A DNA stretch of 63,990 bases, filler included, from Hyphochytrium catenoides (Eukaryota; Protista; Hyphochytriomycota), in assembly GCA_900088475.1 (NCBI GenBank). It is 10 parts of 10 records of this genome, joined end to end, with 100 filler letters (N's around TTAATTAATTAA, not from the genome) between each part and the next. Parts side by side here need not be neighbours in the genome. Positions count along the whole stretch, not along the records: positions 4,324 to 20,859 come from FLMG01001589.1; positions 20,960 to 22,002 come from FLMG01000694.1; positions 22,103 to 23,814 come from FLMG01003906.1; 7 more parts are not named here. One strand, given 5' to 3'. A program made the position numbers and the translations under genes. Positions 11,288-23,914 of this stretch are shown one piece after another. The notes under the pieces are model-generated. The model saw only the letters and a program-made list of their open reading frames with translations, was not told the origin of the DNA and made no database searches. Each line of letters begins with the position of its first letter. The stretch's first letter is position 1.

Positions 11288-14200
11288 CTATGTACCATCC
11301 CCGTTATTACGACAAGAGCTTCCTGTCAAAGGAGCATTCCCATTTGGGCCCAGGCTCTGTGCAAGCTCATAGAACCGTCCACTTTCTTCTGATAGGAGGT
11401 TCATGGGACTATCATACTCCACTACAACACCTGCATCGATCACCGCGATCTTGTCGCACCTCATAATTGTCTCTAATCGATGTGCGATAGTAAGGACAGT
11501 ACATCCACTGAACTCACTTTGTATTGCTTTCTGGATTACACGGTCGGTTCGTGCGTCCACTGACGCAGTGGCTTCATCCCTGAGGAGCATCATCATAAAG
11601 TATCAACAAAGTGAATAGAAGTCGTAAGTCAAAAGCTTGTAGCAGGTGGCATACTATAACTGCTTGTTTGTCAACTCACATGATCAAAATCTTGCTTTTC
11701 CTTAACACGGCCCTGGTTATGCAGATAAGTTGTCTCTGGCCAATACTCCAGTTGCCGCCGCCTTCGTCGATTTCTGTCAATAGCTTGCCGGGCGCGTTCG
11801 ATACCGATTCTGACAATTGAACGATGTCTAGCACTCGCCAAATCTCGCTGTCGTCATACAGACCGAAAGGGTCTAAGTTGTATCGCAACGTTCCACAGAG
11901 CAACAGCGGATCTGTTCAAGGAAGTTAGTCAAAGGCGATCTCCCTTTTCTGTGAGACCATAGAGTTCCAAAAAATGTGACATTCACCTTGGGGAATTATC
12001 GTCAATTGTTTGCGAAGTGCCTTTATACTCAACGTAGCCACGTTCAAGCCGTCGATGCATATTCTGCCTTTCTGTCTCAAAATCGGCTGGTGGTTATTGC
12101 GCAAGTAGTTGGTATATCCTTCTAAGTGCATCATGTACCTCTATCTCAGCAATACGATACAGGGCCAGGATGATGGAGCTTTTTCCAGAACCTGTTCTCC
12201 CACATATCCCGACTTTCGCACCAGCCTCGACTCTCAGGGTAAGGCCCTTCAGCACCATTGGCAGTTCCGGACGATACCGCATAAATGCTTCATCAAACGT
12301 CATTGCTCCTTTTGACGGCCAACCAACCGGTGGGTCGCCTGTATTGGTATTAGAAGAAGCGAGGGGGAGCAATACTTATTGAACACTGACCTCCTTGGGC
12401 TTCAGAAGAACCTTCTTCGCTTTCAAGTGATTGCAAATGAAGAACTCTCTCAGCTGAAGTCATTGCATTCTCAAACATCACCAGCATCTCGATCGTAATC
12501 CCCAGCAATGATGATAAGTTTATGCATGCGTTCAAGGCAAGGCCCAACAATACCGGATCGACAGAGGCACTGAACATAACACCCAGTAGAGCAATAACGA
12601 CGACAAGTATCGCGCCAACGCACTCTAGTCTTACGGATAGCCATTGCCCTGTCTGGCTATAAACCAAGCCCAGTCTAGTGGCAGAAGCAACTTAGCATTC
12701 TGTATTTTCACATAATTTCTCTCTCTCTTACCTTGTACTCGTGTCAATAACTTCATGGTTCTTCCTGATAGATTGAGCTTCCGCACGAAATGCTCGAATG
12801 GTGTCGAGTCCCGTGAGTGTCTCACCAAAGTGTGAATAAATGGGTGATCTTGCGATACTATCCAAGCGCTTAAGCTCTCGACTGCTGTTTCGAATGTAAT
12901 GCTGGATCCAGAGATAGAGGATAAACAATGGAACGAACGCCATGACAACATAGACCTGAAAATAACACCGCAGGGACTTTCGTCAACGCAAAACACGCTT
13001 ATCACGAATTGGTCACGTCTTACATTGAAGGTACAGGAGACAATAATTCCGGCCACCACCATCAAGAGCTGAATGGCAAACTGGGTGAATAAAGGTTCTA
13101 GCCTGTAAAAGAGAAGAGGTGATCAGCTTAAGTCCCGTCGGCGGAAACAGAACACAACGCACAGATCCACTTGATTCATATCCATTGAAAATCGGTTGAG
13201 AAGTCTTCCTAAAGGAGTTACATCAAAAAAAGTCGGGATGGGGCTTCGAAGAACCCGATCGAGAGCATTGGTATGGACACTAAGCCCGATCGACGCCATT
13301 ACAGTGACAGAGACTAATGAGCAAATTAGCAACCGATCCAGTAACGCCTACTGATAAAGCAATGAGACGAACCAACTGTAGCCAGACACTTTATCAGCGC
13401 GGTGCATGCTGCTATCGCAACATATATGATGATGTAGTCTCTCGTCATAAGCTCAAAATTATCTCCACCTATTTTTAAAATAACATCTTTAAGGGAGGCT
13501 CTGGTAATATAGCAAGCAGAAGTGACTTACCCCAAATACCAAGCCACCAATTTTGCAATACGCTTCCAGCCTCTGCGATATTCAGCAGTCCGATAACGAC
13601 TCCCAAGCAAATATAACCCATACGACCGAGGGTACCAAAGAACCTTATATAAGTCCGGAAGGTTACTGCGCCTACTTCCCTATCTTCATCCTGATGGAGC
13701 TGACCTTATAACAAGGAACCAGTAAGAAAGACGCGGCGCTCGTTTGCGGGTCATCGGGACAAACTGCGTACCGTTTGCATTTGATGTATCAGGATCGCTA
13801 TTGCTGCAACGATGATTGGTTGCGGCAAGATCTGCTGATGATTTGGAGTTTCTGTCAACCGCGTCCACCTCACCATGTGCCACCGTGGAAGCGGGTGCCT
13901 CATTTTCAGAATTTCGATGTTCTGAAAAGAAGTGAGGATATATTTCTCGGACATCTAAAGGAGAGCCAGCAAGAGCCACGCCCTGATTCTCCATTACAAT
14001 AACAATATCTGCTTTCTCCAAGAGTTGATAGTGCGAGTTTAACACGAGCAAACGAGTCTTCCCTGCAAGTTCTCCCAGTACTGCTTTGTTGAAGATGTTG
14101 TCAGCGACGTGAGCATCCACTGAACTCAGCGGATCATCAAAGATGAAAATGTCCTTGCTACTCTGATAGAGAGCACGGGCAAGAGCGACCCGTGCCTTCT

Positions 14201-16540
14201 GACCACCAGACAGATTGATACCGTTGTCACCAATCTGCGTGCTGTCTCCTGCACGATAGAATGACATGATGAGATAGACTCTCATAAAAAGGAATCACAT
14301 ATTTTTTTGAGTCAACCTGCTGCCAAACTGCTAAGATCTTCCTGAAGTTGTGCTGCTTCAATGGATGATGTGTACTTGCTCATGTCCATTTCACTGTTAA
14401 AAAGCACGGCTTCTCGTAGCGTTCCGGATGGGATCCACGCTTGCTGGCTCACATATGCGACATCACCACAAACATGTAGTCGACCTGCAGAAGAGAAACT
14501 GAAAGGGTCACTATCGCATTTGGTCCCGACGCGCGGCCGACTGCAGTCTTGAAACAGGACAAACCTCGAACCTGGTGTAAGTGTCCAAGCAGAGAAGACA
14601 GAAGTGCCGTCTTTCCACTACCAACTGCCCCAACGATAGCACAAAGAGAACCAGCCGGAATGTGAAGGTTTACCCCAGCGAGGGCAGTACCATCGCCGGC
14701 CTTCATTTCCAGCCCTTCCGAAACAGCTTCCTCGCCTTCAACGAAATCGCCGGCAGAACTGCGGTGGCTGTACACCCCCGAGACGGGGTGTGAGGAATCA
14801 TCCGTTGTGGGCGTCATGTGATGCCACAGAAATGTCCCATCTTCAATTAAAATACTTCCGAGCGGCAATGAGACCCCTTTGTGATCGTTTCGTGCAATCG
14901 ATATGTCCATGGCAATTTCTTGCTCCTCTAAATGTTCCTTGATGCGCTTTGCGGAGACTTCAGCTTGAACCAGTGCGGCAAAGACTTGAGGCAGGTTCCT
15001 TACTCGCTCCTCCAATAAGTCAACAAATGCCATCGTAGTGAATACCTTAGCGGTTGTCAGTTCACCTCCCATCGCCACATGTATACCAAGAGTTGATAAC
15101 AAAATGAAGAAGGGGCTGAGTGTGGAGAGGGTAATCATAGTCGCGAATATCCATCCTCTCCTACGAACAGCTTCTACCTCCTTAGTTCGCTCTGCTTTAA
15201 TCCTTTGCAAGACGGCATCTTCCTACAATGCAATGCAGACGAGGTATTAGAACTCAAACAAGTTATCAAAGCCACACACCACTAATTTAACGTACCCATA
15301 CGTAGAGCTTTATAACACGAATGCTTTTAAGAACTTCGTTAATGAGCTTTACTCTGTCTTGCATGTGGTGTAAAATGACTCCTTGGTGCTTGCCGATTTG
15401 GTTCGCTATTCCGCCCTGTATGATTTAATTGGCACAGAGAAGATCAGATACATAAGAAGGTGTAGAGTCTATCAAACCAGCTACCTGCACGGCGAAGGAT
15501 AGTCCAATCATAATGACTCCACCGAAGGCTGATGCGCCAAGAAAAGCTACAAAGGCAACCGTTCCAACAAGAAGGACAACAAGACCTCCCCAGAAGTCGT
15601 GAAATCGTATAAAAGACTGGAAACTGCGAAGATAAGATTCCGTGATAGCAGCATTTAGCAGCGTTGTCACATAGAGCACAGCAATAACGGACTTACTTTT
15701 GGACATCAACGCTTATAAGCGTCACGCTCCTACCAGATGACGCAAATTTCTTGCCAGAGGTGACCACGACCATAGTCTTTTTAAAGAGACAGGCCATGAG
15801 GGCTGCTCTTACACGAAGGGATACGCAAATGAGTTCGGTAGTGACGTAAGACCGCGACATCAGACCTATAAGCTGCCCACGATCATATGTGGTGTCAGCC
15901 CACCGTTTATACAAACAGAAGATATCAAATAATTATCAACCTGAACTCCTAGGAGCAAAAGTACAAGCCAATACTTGCTTCCGACTAAGCGAAGAAGGAG
16001 AGGACTCTCTTCAGTGGAGACGGTTGCTATCACTGATTGTACAAAGAATGGTAGAGCCAGCTCTGCCATTAGACCAAACAATGAAATGACACCGGTTGAC
16101 ACTAAGACACGAGCGTCAAAGATCGCCGCTGCCTTGAAAAGAGGGAACTTTGAATGCTTAGCAGTGGTCCAGATCTTCATGAAGCGAGCTACGAGTAGGA
16201 TCATTATCGACTCGGTCAGGTTTTGACATTATATTTGCCTCAGCTGCTTACCTCCGCACTCTTCAGCCCGTAACCATTGTGGAACCTTCCAAATGTCATC
16301 CTGCTGTAGGGTCTTCCTATTGCCTTTGGAGAGCAAAGGGTTCAACCACCAAACTGTCATACGAGAAAGCACTCCCGCAGAATCCAAAGGGTGTGGAAGG
16401 TTTCGCCACGCTGCAACTCGTAGACAGGCAGCATCGTTGTTGTCTCCGCCATCGGCTCTGGTGTTTGGCGAAGGCTGCCCTTCTCGATACCTTGCGAAGG
16501 CCACAGGGGTGAACTCTTCTTCGTCGGCTGATTGTCGCAT
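11288..16540 (-). CDS. ABCC: ABCC/MRP-family full-size ABC transporter, short form without TMD0; at least 17 short introns
   Basis: Lasso motif [30 protein letters not shown]; [21 protein letters not shown]; NBD1 [40 protein letters not shown]; TMD2 [46 protein letters not shown]; NBD2 [37 protein letters not shown]. Checked introns are GT-AG and keep frame (e.g. 16189-16251, 63 nt). Not every junction was verified. Confidence 0.93.
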
Positions 16541-17767
16541 CCTTCCCTAGTCGCGGGCTCGCCGGTCTGCCAGGAGTCAGGAGCTCCAAGTGGAAGGAAA
16601 GTTCTTGTCTGGCCTTGTAGTTCTACGTCTTGCGTGATTAGGCCGCCCGCTGATGGAAGGTCGAGCATGATAAACGGCAACGATATGACCTCATAAGTAT
16701 CGGCCCACCATTCCATGCTGGCGTAATAGGAGAATGCTCAGGGCTCAGTGATCGTGTTAGAAAGGATGGCTTTCATAAGCTGTTGGATGAATGATTATGA
16801 TTCATCTTTTCTTTGGTCCAACAGGTTGTCTGACTGGCAGTCTGATTTGGGTCGTCCCTGTGTTGATTGGACACAGAATAACAAGATGACGCTTCTTTGT
16901 CTGTCTAGAAGTCATCGCCTCTCTTCTAAGGTATCAGCGGGCGACCGGTGGACCGGTGTCTGTTTTATACCCATTTTCATCTTATTACCCATTTTAGTCT
17001 TTGGTCACTCTCTACAAAAGTCAAAGAGCCCCTGATTGAGACGGGTCCAAGGTTCTTTTTTGACGTATGGCGCGGTAGTTCTAGAAGCGCCCGGCCACGA
17101 ATAGGATCACTGCGGAAATCGCTGTAACTTCTTGCGTATTTTGGCTAGCTTTCCAACGGTACGAGTACCAGCGGATTGTTTATAAAAATATCTTCCTTAT
17201 TAGTTGCAGATTATGGAGTACTAGAAAAAATTATAAAGGAGTGACTAGTAGACTACTGTTTATAAAAGAGGAAGAGAGATGATTGTTAGAAAATGTATGG
17301 GAACCTTCCACAAGTGGGTCACTCGGCAACGAAGGTTTCACGGGTTGTCTGGCAGATGCCTACTACAATCTATGCCCACCCATCCCTGCACAAACAGCCA
17401 ATCATCACTCAGGAGTGATCTTATTTAGACCGCTTAATTAAGAACAGATTGCTGTAATCTATTTAGGGGGCATAAGCCATAGTTCTAATTAAGGACCATG
17501 CCTAAGAAAACCTCTGGAAAGCTCCACTCCAACTTCAGCCAGGTTGACGTCTCCAGGCTATTGCTGCCGCATGATAGAACGTTCTCAGGATTGGTTGCGG
17601 TGTCTTCTCCATAGCAACAGCTTTTGATGATGAAGCCGACACCAAAGGCGAAGAGGCATTGGCGACGTCTTTTTTTTCCTATTCTTCTTCTCTCTTTCTG
17701 CAGCGGCGGCTTCACGTTGTAGTTTCCTTTGTGCCTGCAATCGCTGTCTCTCAAGCTTCTCTTCCTT

Positions 17768-19419
17768 CTATCTGTCGCTTAACAACAGCCTCTCCTTGGG
17801 CCTACTTTGCCTCAACTTCCTGGTTCTTCCTAAACTTTTCTGCAAGCTACGGGGTTTCTTGGCGGATTGGGCCTGCTTTCTGGCTTCACGATCCGCCACC
17901 TTCTGATTTTCGATTCTCTCCTGTTCAGCTACCTTCTCTTCAAAGATTTGCGAGTTGACCATCCCGATGCCTGTCAAACTCCTCTTTTTCTTCTTCGTCT
18001 TGTCCTTCTCCTCCCCTGCTGCTCCTTCTTCATCACCACCATCATTGCCCTCTGTCTGTCTTTCAGGTGACCTTTGAGGGGCTGCAAAGTACTTCTCTTC
18101 GAGAACTCGTAGCCCATCAAGTATCACCTTGTCAGTCGCCGAAAGGCGTTCGCGCTGCCCTTCTGGGCAGCGAAGAGGGCGATACTGGGCTTTGCCTACG
18201 GCTGCCTGGCTACCAGAGACCTTAAGGGCAGATAAATCAATCTTCACCAGATTGGGTGGATATCATCCTGGGACCTCCCACGAGCTCTTAATCGCATCCG
18301 CTGTCATACCGTTCTTGTACGTCGTGTCAAGAAGTGCACTAAAAGATGCTGAATATATCTTTGCAGCAGGCTTTGTACGGTCGCATTCAAAGAACCTTCG
18401 TTCATGCCAAGCTTTGACGGTGACCGCATACTTCAATTTTACCTGTAGAAGGGCGGACTGATCAAATTGTTGCAGCAGATTCGTAGTGTGCGATGGCAGC
18501 CAGACAAGGTCAATGCCGAGGTCCCTCATCTCTTTCTGGTAGGCACTGCCGAAGTGAGAAGAGTGTCCGTCCATGACAATAACGTGCCTGTTTTCTGGGC
18601 TAGCATTTACCGTTGTCGCAAAGTTCTTCATGAAGGAATGAAAAAGTTCCTTTGTGATCCAGCCTTTCTTGGAGACTCCAGCCAAAGCTCCAGGAAATTC
18701 TTTGTCTATCAGCATCTCCTCGCTGACAGAAGCGCCCTTGAAGATTACCCCAGGAGCCAAGTACTGCCCAGCAGCATTTATCACGCCTATGACGGTAATG
18801 TGGCTGTCCCCCGTTTTCTTATGTTGGACTCTCAACGTTATGTGCTTCACTCCAACTGGAGCACGACTCTGAGCTTGCTAGGATCTCCGTCTTGTGTGAA
18901 GCCTGTCTTATCAACATTCCATATGTGATCTGGCGAGATGGTTTGCCCCGTAATAAGAGGTATCCAATGATTCACGAAGAAGGACTTAACAACTTCTGGG
19001 CTTGACTTCTCCGACGAGCGCACCCGGGATAACGGCGAGGGCTTGCGACAACCGTTGAAGTCTGCTTTCCAGCGCGCACAAAAGTTGGAAAACCACTTGT
19101 CAGGTAGACCCCCATCATGATTAGGCTGCTTTAGCTTATCTGAATGGAGGTTCCGTGCGAGCTCTGAAGCACAGGCAATAAACTCCTCTCGTGTCAGCGG
19201 AAACCCGTTGCTCGAGAGTAGTTCGCTCCATCGGATAAGCAGCAACTCCCCAGCCTCCGTAAAACTTTTTCTATTGAGTCCCCAAGCGTCTTCAATAGAG
19301 GTGATGGACTCTAAATACTCCTCAAGTTTCCTCGCTCCATCATCAGTGAGAAAGTCCTCTTGTTGGAGACCTAGCGCTTTTGTTGCCCTATCCATTAGTT
19401 TATCCACAGCAATCAGCAA
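17768..19419 (-). pseudogene. pogo/Fot1/Tigger-type DNA transposase (CENP-B HTH + DDE_1), inactivated
   Basis: LLLIRWSELLSSNGFPLTREEF..LPDKWFSNFCARW (HTH); IWNVDKTGF (NxDETG variant); HITVIGVINAAGQYLAPGVIFKG; SKKGWITKELF; VIVMDGHSSH; LPSHTTNLLQQFD. Frameshift near 18848 and in-frame TGA at 18263. TIRs not found. Confidence 0.88.
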
Positions 19420-19941
19420 GCTCTTAACTGCTACCTGCTTTCTTCCGCCAGGGATATGAGCTTAGTCTGTCTGAAGCTAGTTATAGTAGCAAGAGAAGAA
19501 TGAGAAACCTATCGACGCTTGTCCTGGAGGTGAATATGAACATTGATCTGCAGTGGTAGTAGAAGACGCAACTCTTCGTGATGAAGATGGCGAGTAATAA
19601 TGGTCATGGAGCGTGTTAAGCTACCGACTGCCCGTTAATAAGAGCTAAGGCAAAAATATGAAGGTCTAGATTAACAATGCTAGCGGCCAACATGACTAGC
19701 GTGCCCTACCTCAGAAAGGACATGCCGGCGTCTTCTACAAGCGGCAACAAGCTGGAGAACGAGATGTCCAAAAATACCTCATAAGCTCCTGGCACCAGCG
19801 CGTTGCATGCCTAATGATCATCTTCGTTTCCTTCCTCGAAGTAGACCACCGTCCTATTACTCGGCAGCACTGCTATTATGGACAACAGCTGACGACTGTC
19901 CCCTCCTCCTTCTCCTATTTGTTCCTCTATCTATGTACCAA

Positions 19942-20290
19942 GTACACACAGATGATGACTAGCTCCGTCCCTGGTCGCGATCCATCTCTCGAACCACACG
20001 CAGATGATGATGCCCTGCGGCCATGAGCTCCTGGTATCTATATCTGTCTGCGAGGCACACGCAGCTGGTTATGATGACCTGCCATGAGCTCCTGGTCTCT
20101 ATCTACCGGCCAGGCACACACAGATGATGATGACCGGCAACCATGAGCTCCTGGTCTCAATCTACCTACGAGGCACAAGCAGATGATGATGCCCTTCGCC
20201 CATGAACACCGTCGGTTCTCTAATAGCTATCCTCACAAGGCAAATGCAGATGTTGATGCGTGCTGCCCTCCGCCCATGAGCTTCTAGTCA
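19942..20290. repeat. Diverged ~59-bp minisatellite, ~6 copies
   Basis: Core GCACACRCAGATGATGATG...CCATGAGCTCCTGGTCTC.ATCTA recurs at ~55-65-bp spacing. Confidence 0.85.
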
Positions 20291-20959
20291 TGACACCACG
20301 CCCTCCGAAGGAAGAGACCGCGATCGATGATTACCTGACGCTAGCTGTAGTTCTAGGAGGAGCTGCAGCTGGAGCTACTTCGTAGGAATTATCATCGTGG
20401 TTGAGACAGGAGGAAGATCAAAGGTCAAGCAGGAGAGAGAGAAAGACACAACGTAGTGCCCTTTCGCTGGCCCAAAAGCTGTGAAATAAGCTCCAGAAAC
20501 ACCAGAAACCTTGATTCTTGACAGTAATCCAAGCCAGTAACCCTACAGTACTTGGAATTGTACTGTCTGCCTTTTTCACATTTGCTTTCACTTTCACAAA
20601 TAATTTACCATTTGTAAAATGTGCAATCATTTCACTTGCGAATCCTTTTAATTGACTAGCCGTTAGTAATGGCAATTTCGAACTTACAAGAAATCCCTTG
20701 TCAAGAATAAGCTCCCTCGACAGTGCCTCCTCTATACCTCTGCAACTTTTGCCATCTTCTCTCTCCCCTTTTTCCGCTCGTTTTGACTTCTCCCTCTCTG
20801 TCCTCTCTCTCTGTCCTCTCTCTCTTTCCTCTCTCTCTTTCCTCTCTCTCTCTCTCTCTNNNNNNNNNNNNNNNNNNNNNNNNNNNNNNNNNNNNNNNNN
20901 NNNTTAATTAATTAANNNNNNNNNNNNNNNNNNNNNNNNNNNNNNNNNNNNNNNNNNNN

Positions 20960-21519
20960 CGACCCGAAGGCGGCGCGCTGGGCTCGAGAGAGAGAAGGCG
21001 AAGAAGAGCTTCTCGTTGCAGGAGAATAGGCGCCTGAAGGGAAAGCAGATGAAGAAGAGGGGCGACAGTGAGAGAGAGAGAAAGAGAGAGAAAGAGAGAA
21101 GAAAAGAGAGAGAGAGATCATATATATATAGAGAGAGAAGAGAGCTTAGACATGAGTGAGAAAGAAGAAGGTGAGTGCCGCAAAGTGGAAAGATCGCAAC
21201 AGAGAGAAAGAGAGAGAGGGGAAGAAAGAGAGAGAGAGAAATGAAAAGCGGGCCAAGCTAGAGAAAAGGGAGAAAGAAGAGGCAGAATATAGAATTAGAA
21301 GAGAGACAAATGACTCATCTGACCTGGCCCTGGGACTTGTGACTGAGAAAACATAGAGAGTTTCTCCGCGGAGGCATTGAAGGGCGGGGCCCGGCGGGGC
21401 TTGGGAAGAGATGAGGAGAGAGAGAGAGACGGATCATAAGATCCAGGACCCACTCTCTCTGGGCTTCCCGTCCTCTCACAGAGGGCAACGACCCTCTCTT
21501 CTCGTGAGAGAGAGGACAT
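20960..21519 (-). CDS. Sperm-tail PG-rich (SHIPPO) repeat protein, STPG2-like; 5' exons, 3'-truncated
   Basis: Exon 21324-21519 MSSLSREER..SPERVGPGSYDP..APPFNASAEK..VPGP splices (GT at 21323, AG at 21034) to GAYSP..RAAFGS, giving VGPGSY and VPGPGAY repeats. Confidence 0.7.
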
Positions 21520-22102
21520 CTCTCCACGTCCTCCTCCCCTCCTCCTCCCTCTCTCTCTTTTAATTTCCTCTTCTCTCTCTACGTCTACGTCTTCGCGTCT
21601 CTCTCTTTCTGTCTTTCCCGGCTCCTCCTCCCTCTCAGAAGTAGCACTACCGACAATGCAGTCGACTCACCAGCAGAGCGAGAGCAGCCGGGAAGGTAGA
21701 GAAGACAGAGAGAGAGAGAAACAAAGAGAGAGAGAGAGAGGGGGAGAGAGAGAGAACCCTGAAGCGGAGTCGGGCCAGAGGTTATCAAGGCTCACCACTT
21801 GGAGTTCCTTCTCCTGTTGCTCTTCTTGCTTTGCCTCAATCGTAGTTTGGGCTTCTGCGTGGTGCTGTCCTCCGTCTCAGTCCTTCTCCCTGTCCTCGGC
21901 GCTTCCTTTTTCTTGGTCGCTGCTCTCGCCCTCTTTTTCTCCTGTGCAACTTTCCTTTTGTCTTCTCTCCTCTTCTCTTTCTCTCTCTCTCTCTCTCTCT
22001 CTNNNNNNNNNNNNNNNNNNNNNNNNNNNNNNNNNNNNNNNNNNNNTTAATTAATTAANNNNNNNNNNNNNNNNNNNNNNNNNNNNNNNNNNNNNNNNNN
22101 NN

Positions 22103-22850
22103 ATTTCAGGCCATGAGCCCACAACTCTTCTACTATAAGCCATCGGGATCCGATTGATAGCGTTATCCTTGCACTCTTTATATGAGCCACACTGCTGATA
22201 GTGCGGCGATGGTGGCGCGGGATGGAGGACATATAGATTCTGACCGACTCCTCTATTGCATAAAGCAGTGATAAAGCCTCTAAAACAGGTTTCTCGAGAA
22301 CTCGCGAGTACCAGTAGCGAGGCTATCTGCGGCAATCAGAGCTCTGAGGTGTTTGTCGATATATAAGATCCTCTCATCATCAAGTAAGCTCCTTCTGAGC
22401 TCCATCTTTCTTGTTTGCATCTTGGTCATCTCACCTTCTCGTCCTCTCCGTCGCTCCCTTCTCTTTTTTTTTGCTCTCCTCCTCTCCTCTTTGGCCATCT
22501 TCCTCCTCCTTACTCGCTTTCTCTCCCCCGACCTCTCTCCCTTTCCTTTCCTCCTCCCTCGATCCTCTCGTCTCCTCCTCTTCCGTCCCTCTTGCGCTCT
22601 CAGTGTCCTGTTCTCCTGTTCTCTCTCTTCCCCTCTCTTTCTCGCTCTCAGGCTGATCTTCGGCCTGTCACATCATCCCCCTACTCTATCTGTTGCCTGT
22701 TTTATGACGACGGCATCCGGCGCTCTTCAAATACATTGCAATTATAAGGACATCAAGTAAGTTCATGGGATTTGATGGCCTTGCCACCGTCTGCATTGAT
22801 TGAGGTTCGCATTATAATAGTGGACGAGAAGGAGAGTCAGCTGAAGAGAC
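22103..22850 (-). pseudogene. Possible heavily decayed hAT-like transposase fragment
   Basis: Stop-riddled frame LRALIAADSLATGTREFSRNLF*RL..SICPPSRATI..QSDPDGL**KS recalls hAT F.rl...Y..PSR.TI...DGW motifs. Weak. Confidence 0.3.
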
Positions 22851-23914
22851 TAAGACTTTGTAGCTCTTGTCTCTTCTTCGTTTTATCATCCTTCTTCTTT
22901 TATCCTTCTTCCTTTAGTTATCAGTAGTATTATTCTTATTCTTACCAGTAGTATCAAGTATGAGGTTCCTTGTAAAGCTGTTATTAGGCTGCAGTAGGCA
23001 ACTGCTGAGGGGTGGAGGTAAAACGTAGGAGACTGACGGACAAGCGGCCATTCAAAAGGAATTTGCACGTTTAGATCCTGAAGCGTATTTCTCAAGCTGT
23101 TCTTCCTCAGTGGTTGGATCGTTCTCTCCCTCTCCTAGCAAAGGGTTGTACAAGTAGTGGTGGAGTGGTGGTCTTGGTAGGTCTTCTCGTCTTCCCTATT
23201 TCCCCCTTATTTTCCATGACTGTTGATGTCGATAGAGGGAAGAGAGCGAAGTGTCTAACCCTTCGTAGCTCCTCTCTGCTCTTTCCTTTACACCTTCGTT
23301 CTTCTTTTTCTTCATTCTCTTCTGGCTGCGTGGTAAACAGAATGTCACACAGTTGATCTGCCTCGTCTTAGGCATCAACGATCATACAAAGAGTACGGAC
23401 TATCATAACTACACAGTGCAGCTCGAGGGTTCTAACCCTAAGAAAAGAACGCCTCGAAGTGGTTTGCCGTATGTGACTGTGTGACTGCCCGCTGAACAAC
23501 GCTAGGTGAGCAAGTGATTGGACACAGAGAGACGTTCAGTAACGGATCCATCGCAACGTGAGTAGTGGAGCCGTCCTCCGTTTTACTGGTCGCTGGAGAG
23601 GCTGAGAGAGGCCGAGACATGCTTATAAAAAGTTTAGACACAGAGAGAACAGGTTAGTTGACGGCAGTACCAAGTACTTGGTTCATGTTAAGTGAGACGT
23701 TCGACTATTACCTGCAACAGCAGGAAAGAAGGAAGAGACAGAGGTAGAGCTAAAGTAATCAACACTCCAGAGTACAGTCCTAGGTTGATGATGACAACGT
23801 GGGAGTAGTTCTACNNNNNNNNNNNNNNNNNNNNNNNNNNNNNNNNNNNNNNNNNNNNTTAATTAATTAANNNNNNNNNNNNNNNNNNNNNNNNNNNNNN
23901 NNNNNNNNNNNNNN

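Noticed and set aside
6278-19419. Non-standard genetic code or programmed recoding to explain in-frame stops
   Set aside because: Stops occur with many frameshifts only in mobile elements; conserved genes end normally in TAG (LIS1, ABCC), TAA (14-3-3) and TGA (kelch-BTB).
5126-20859. ABCC gene as cargo inside one giant element bounded by Polinton TIRs
   Set aside because: No inverted copy of the 5126 end was found on this contig, so capture cannot be supported.
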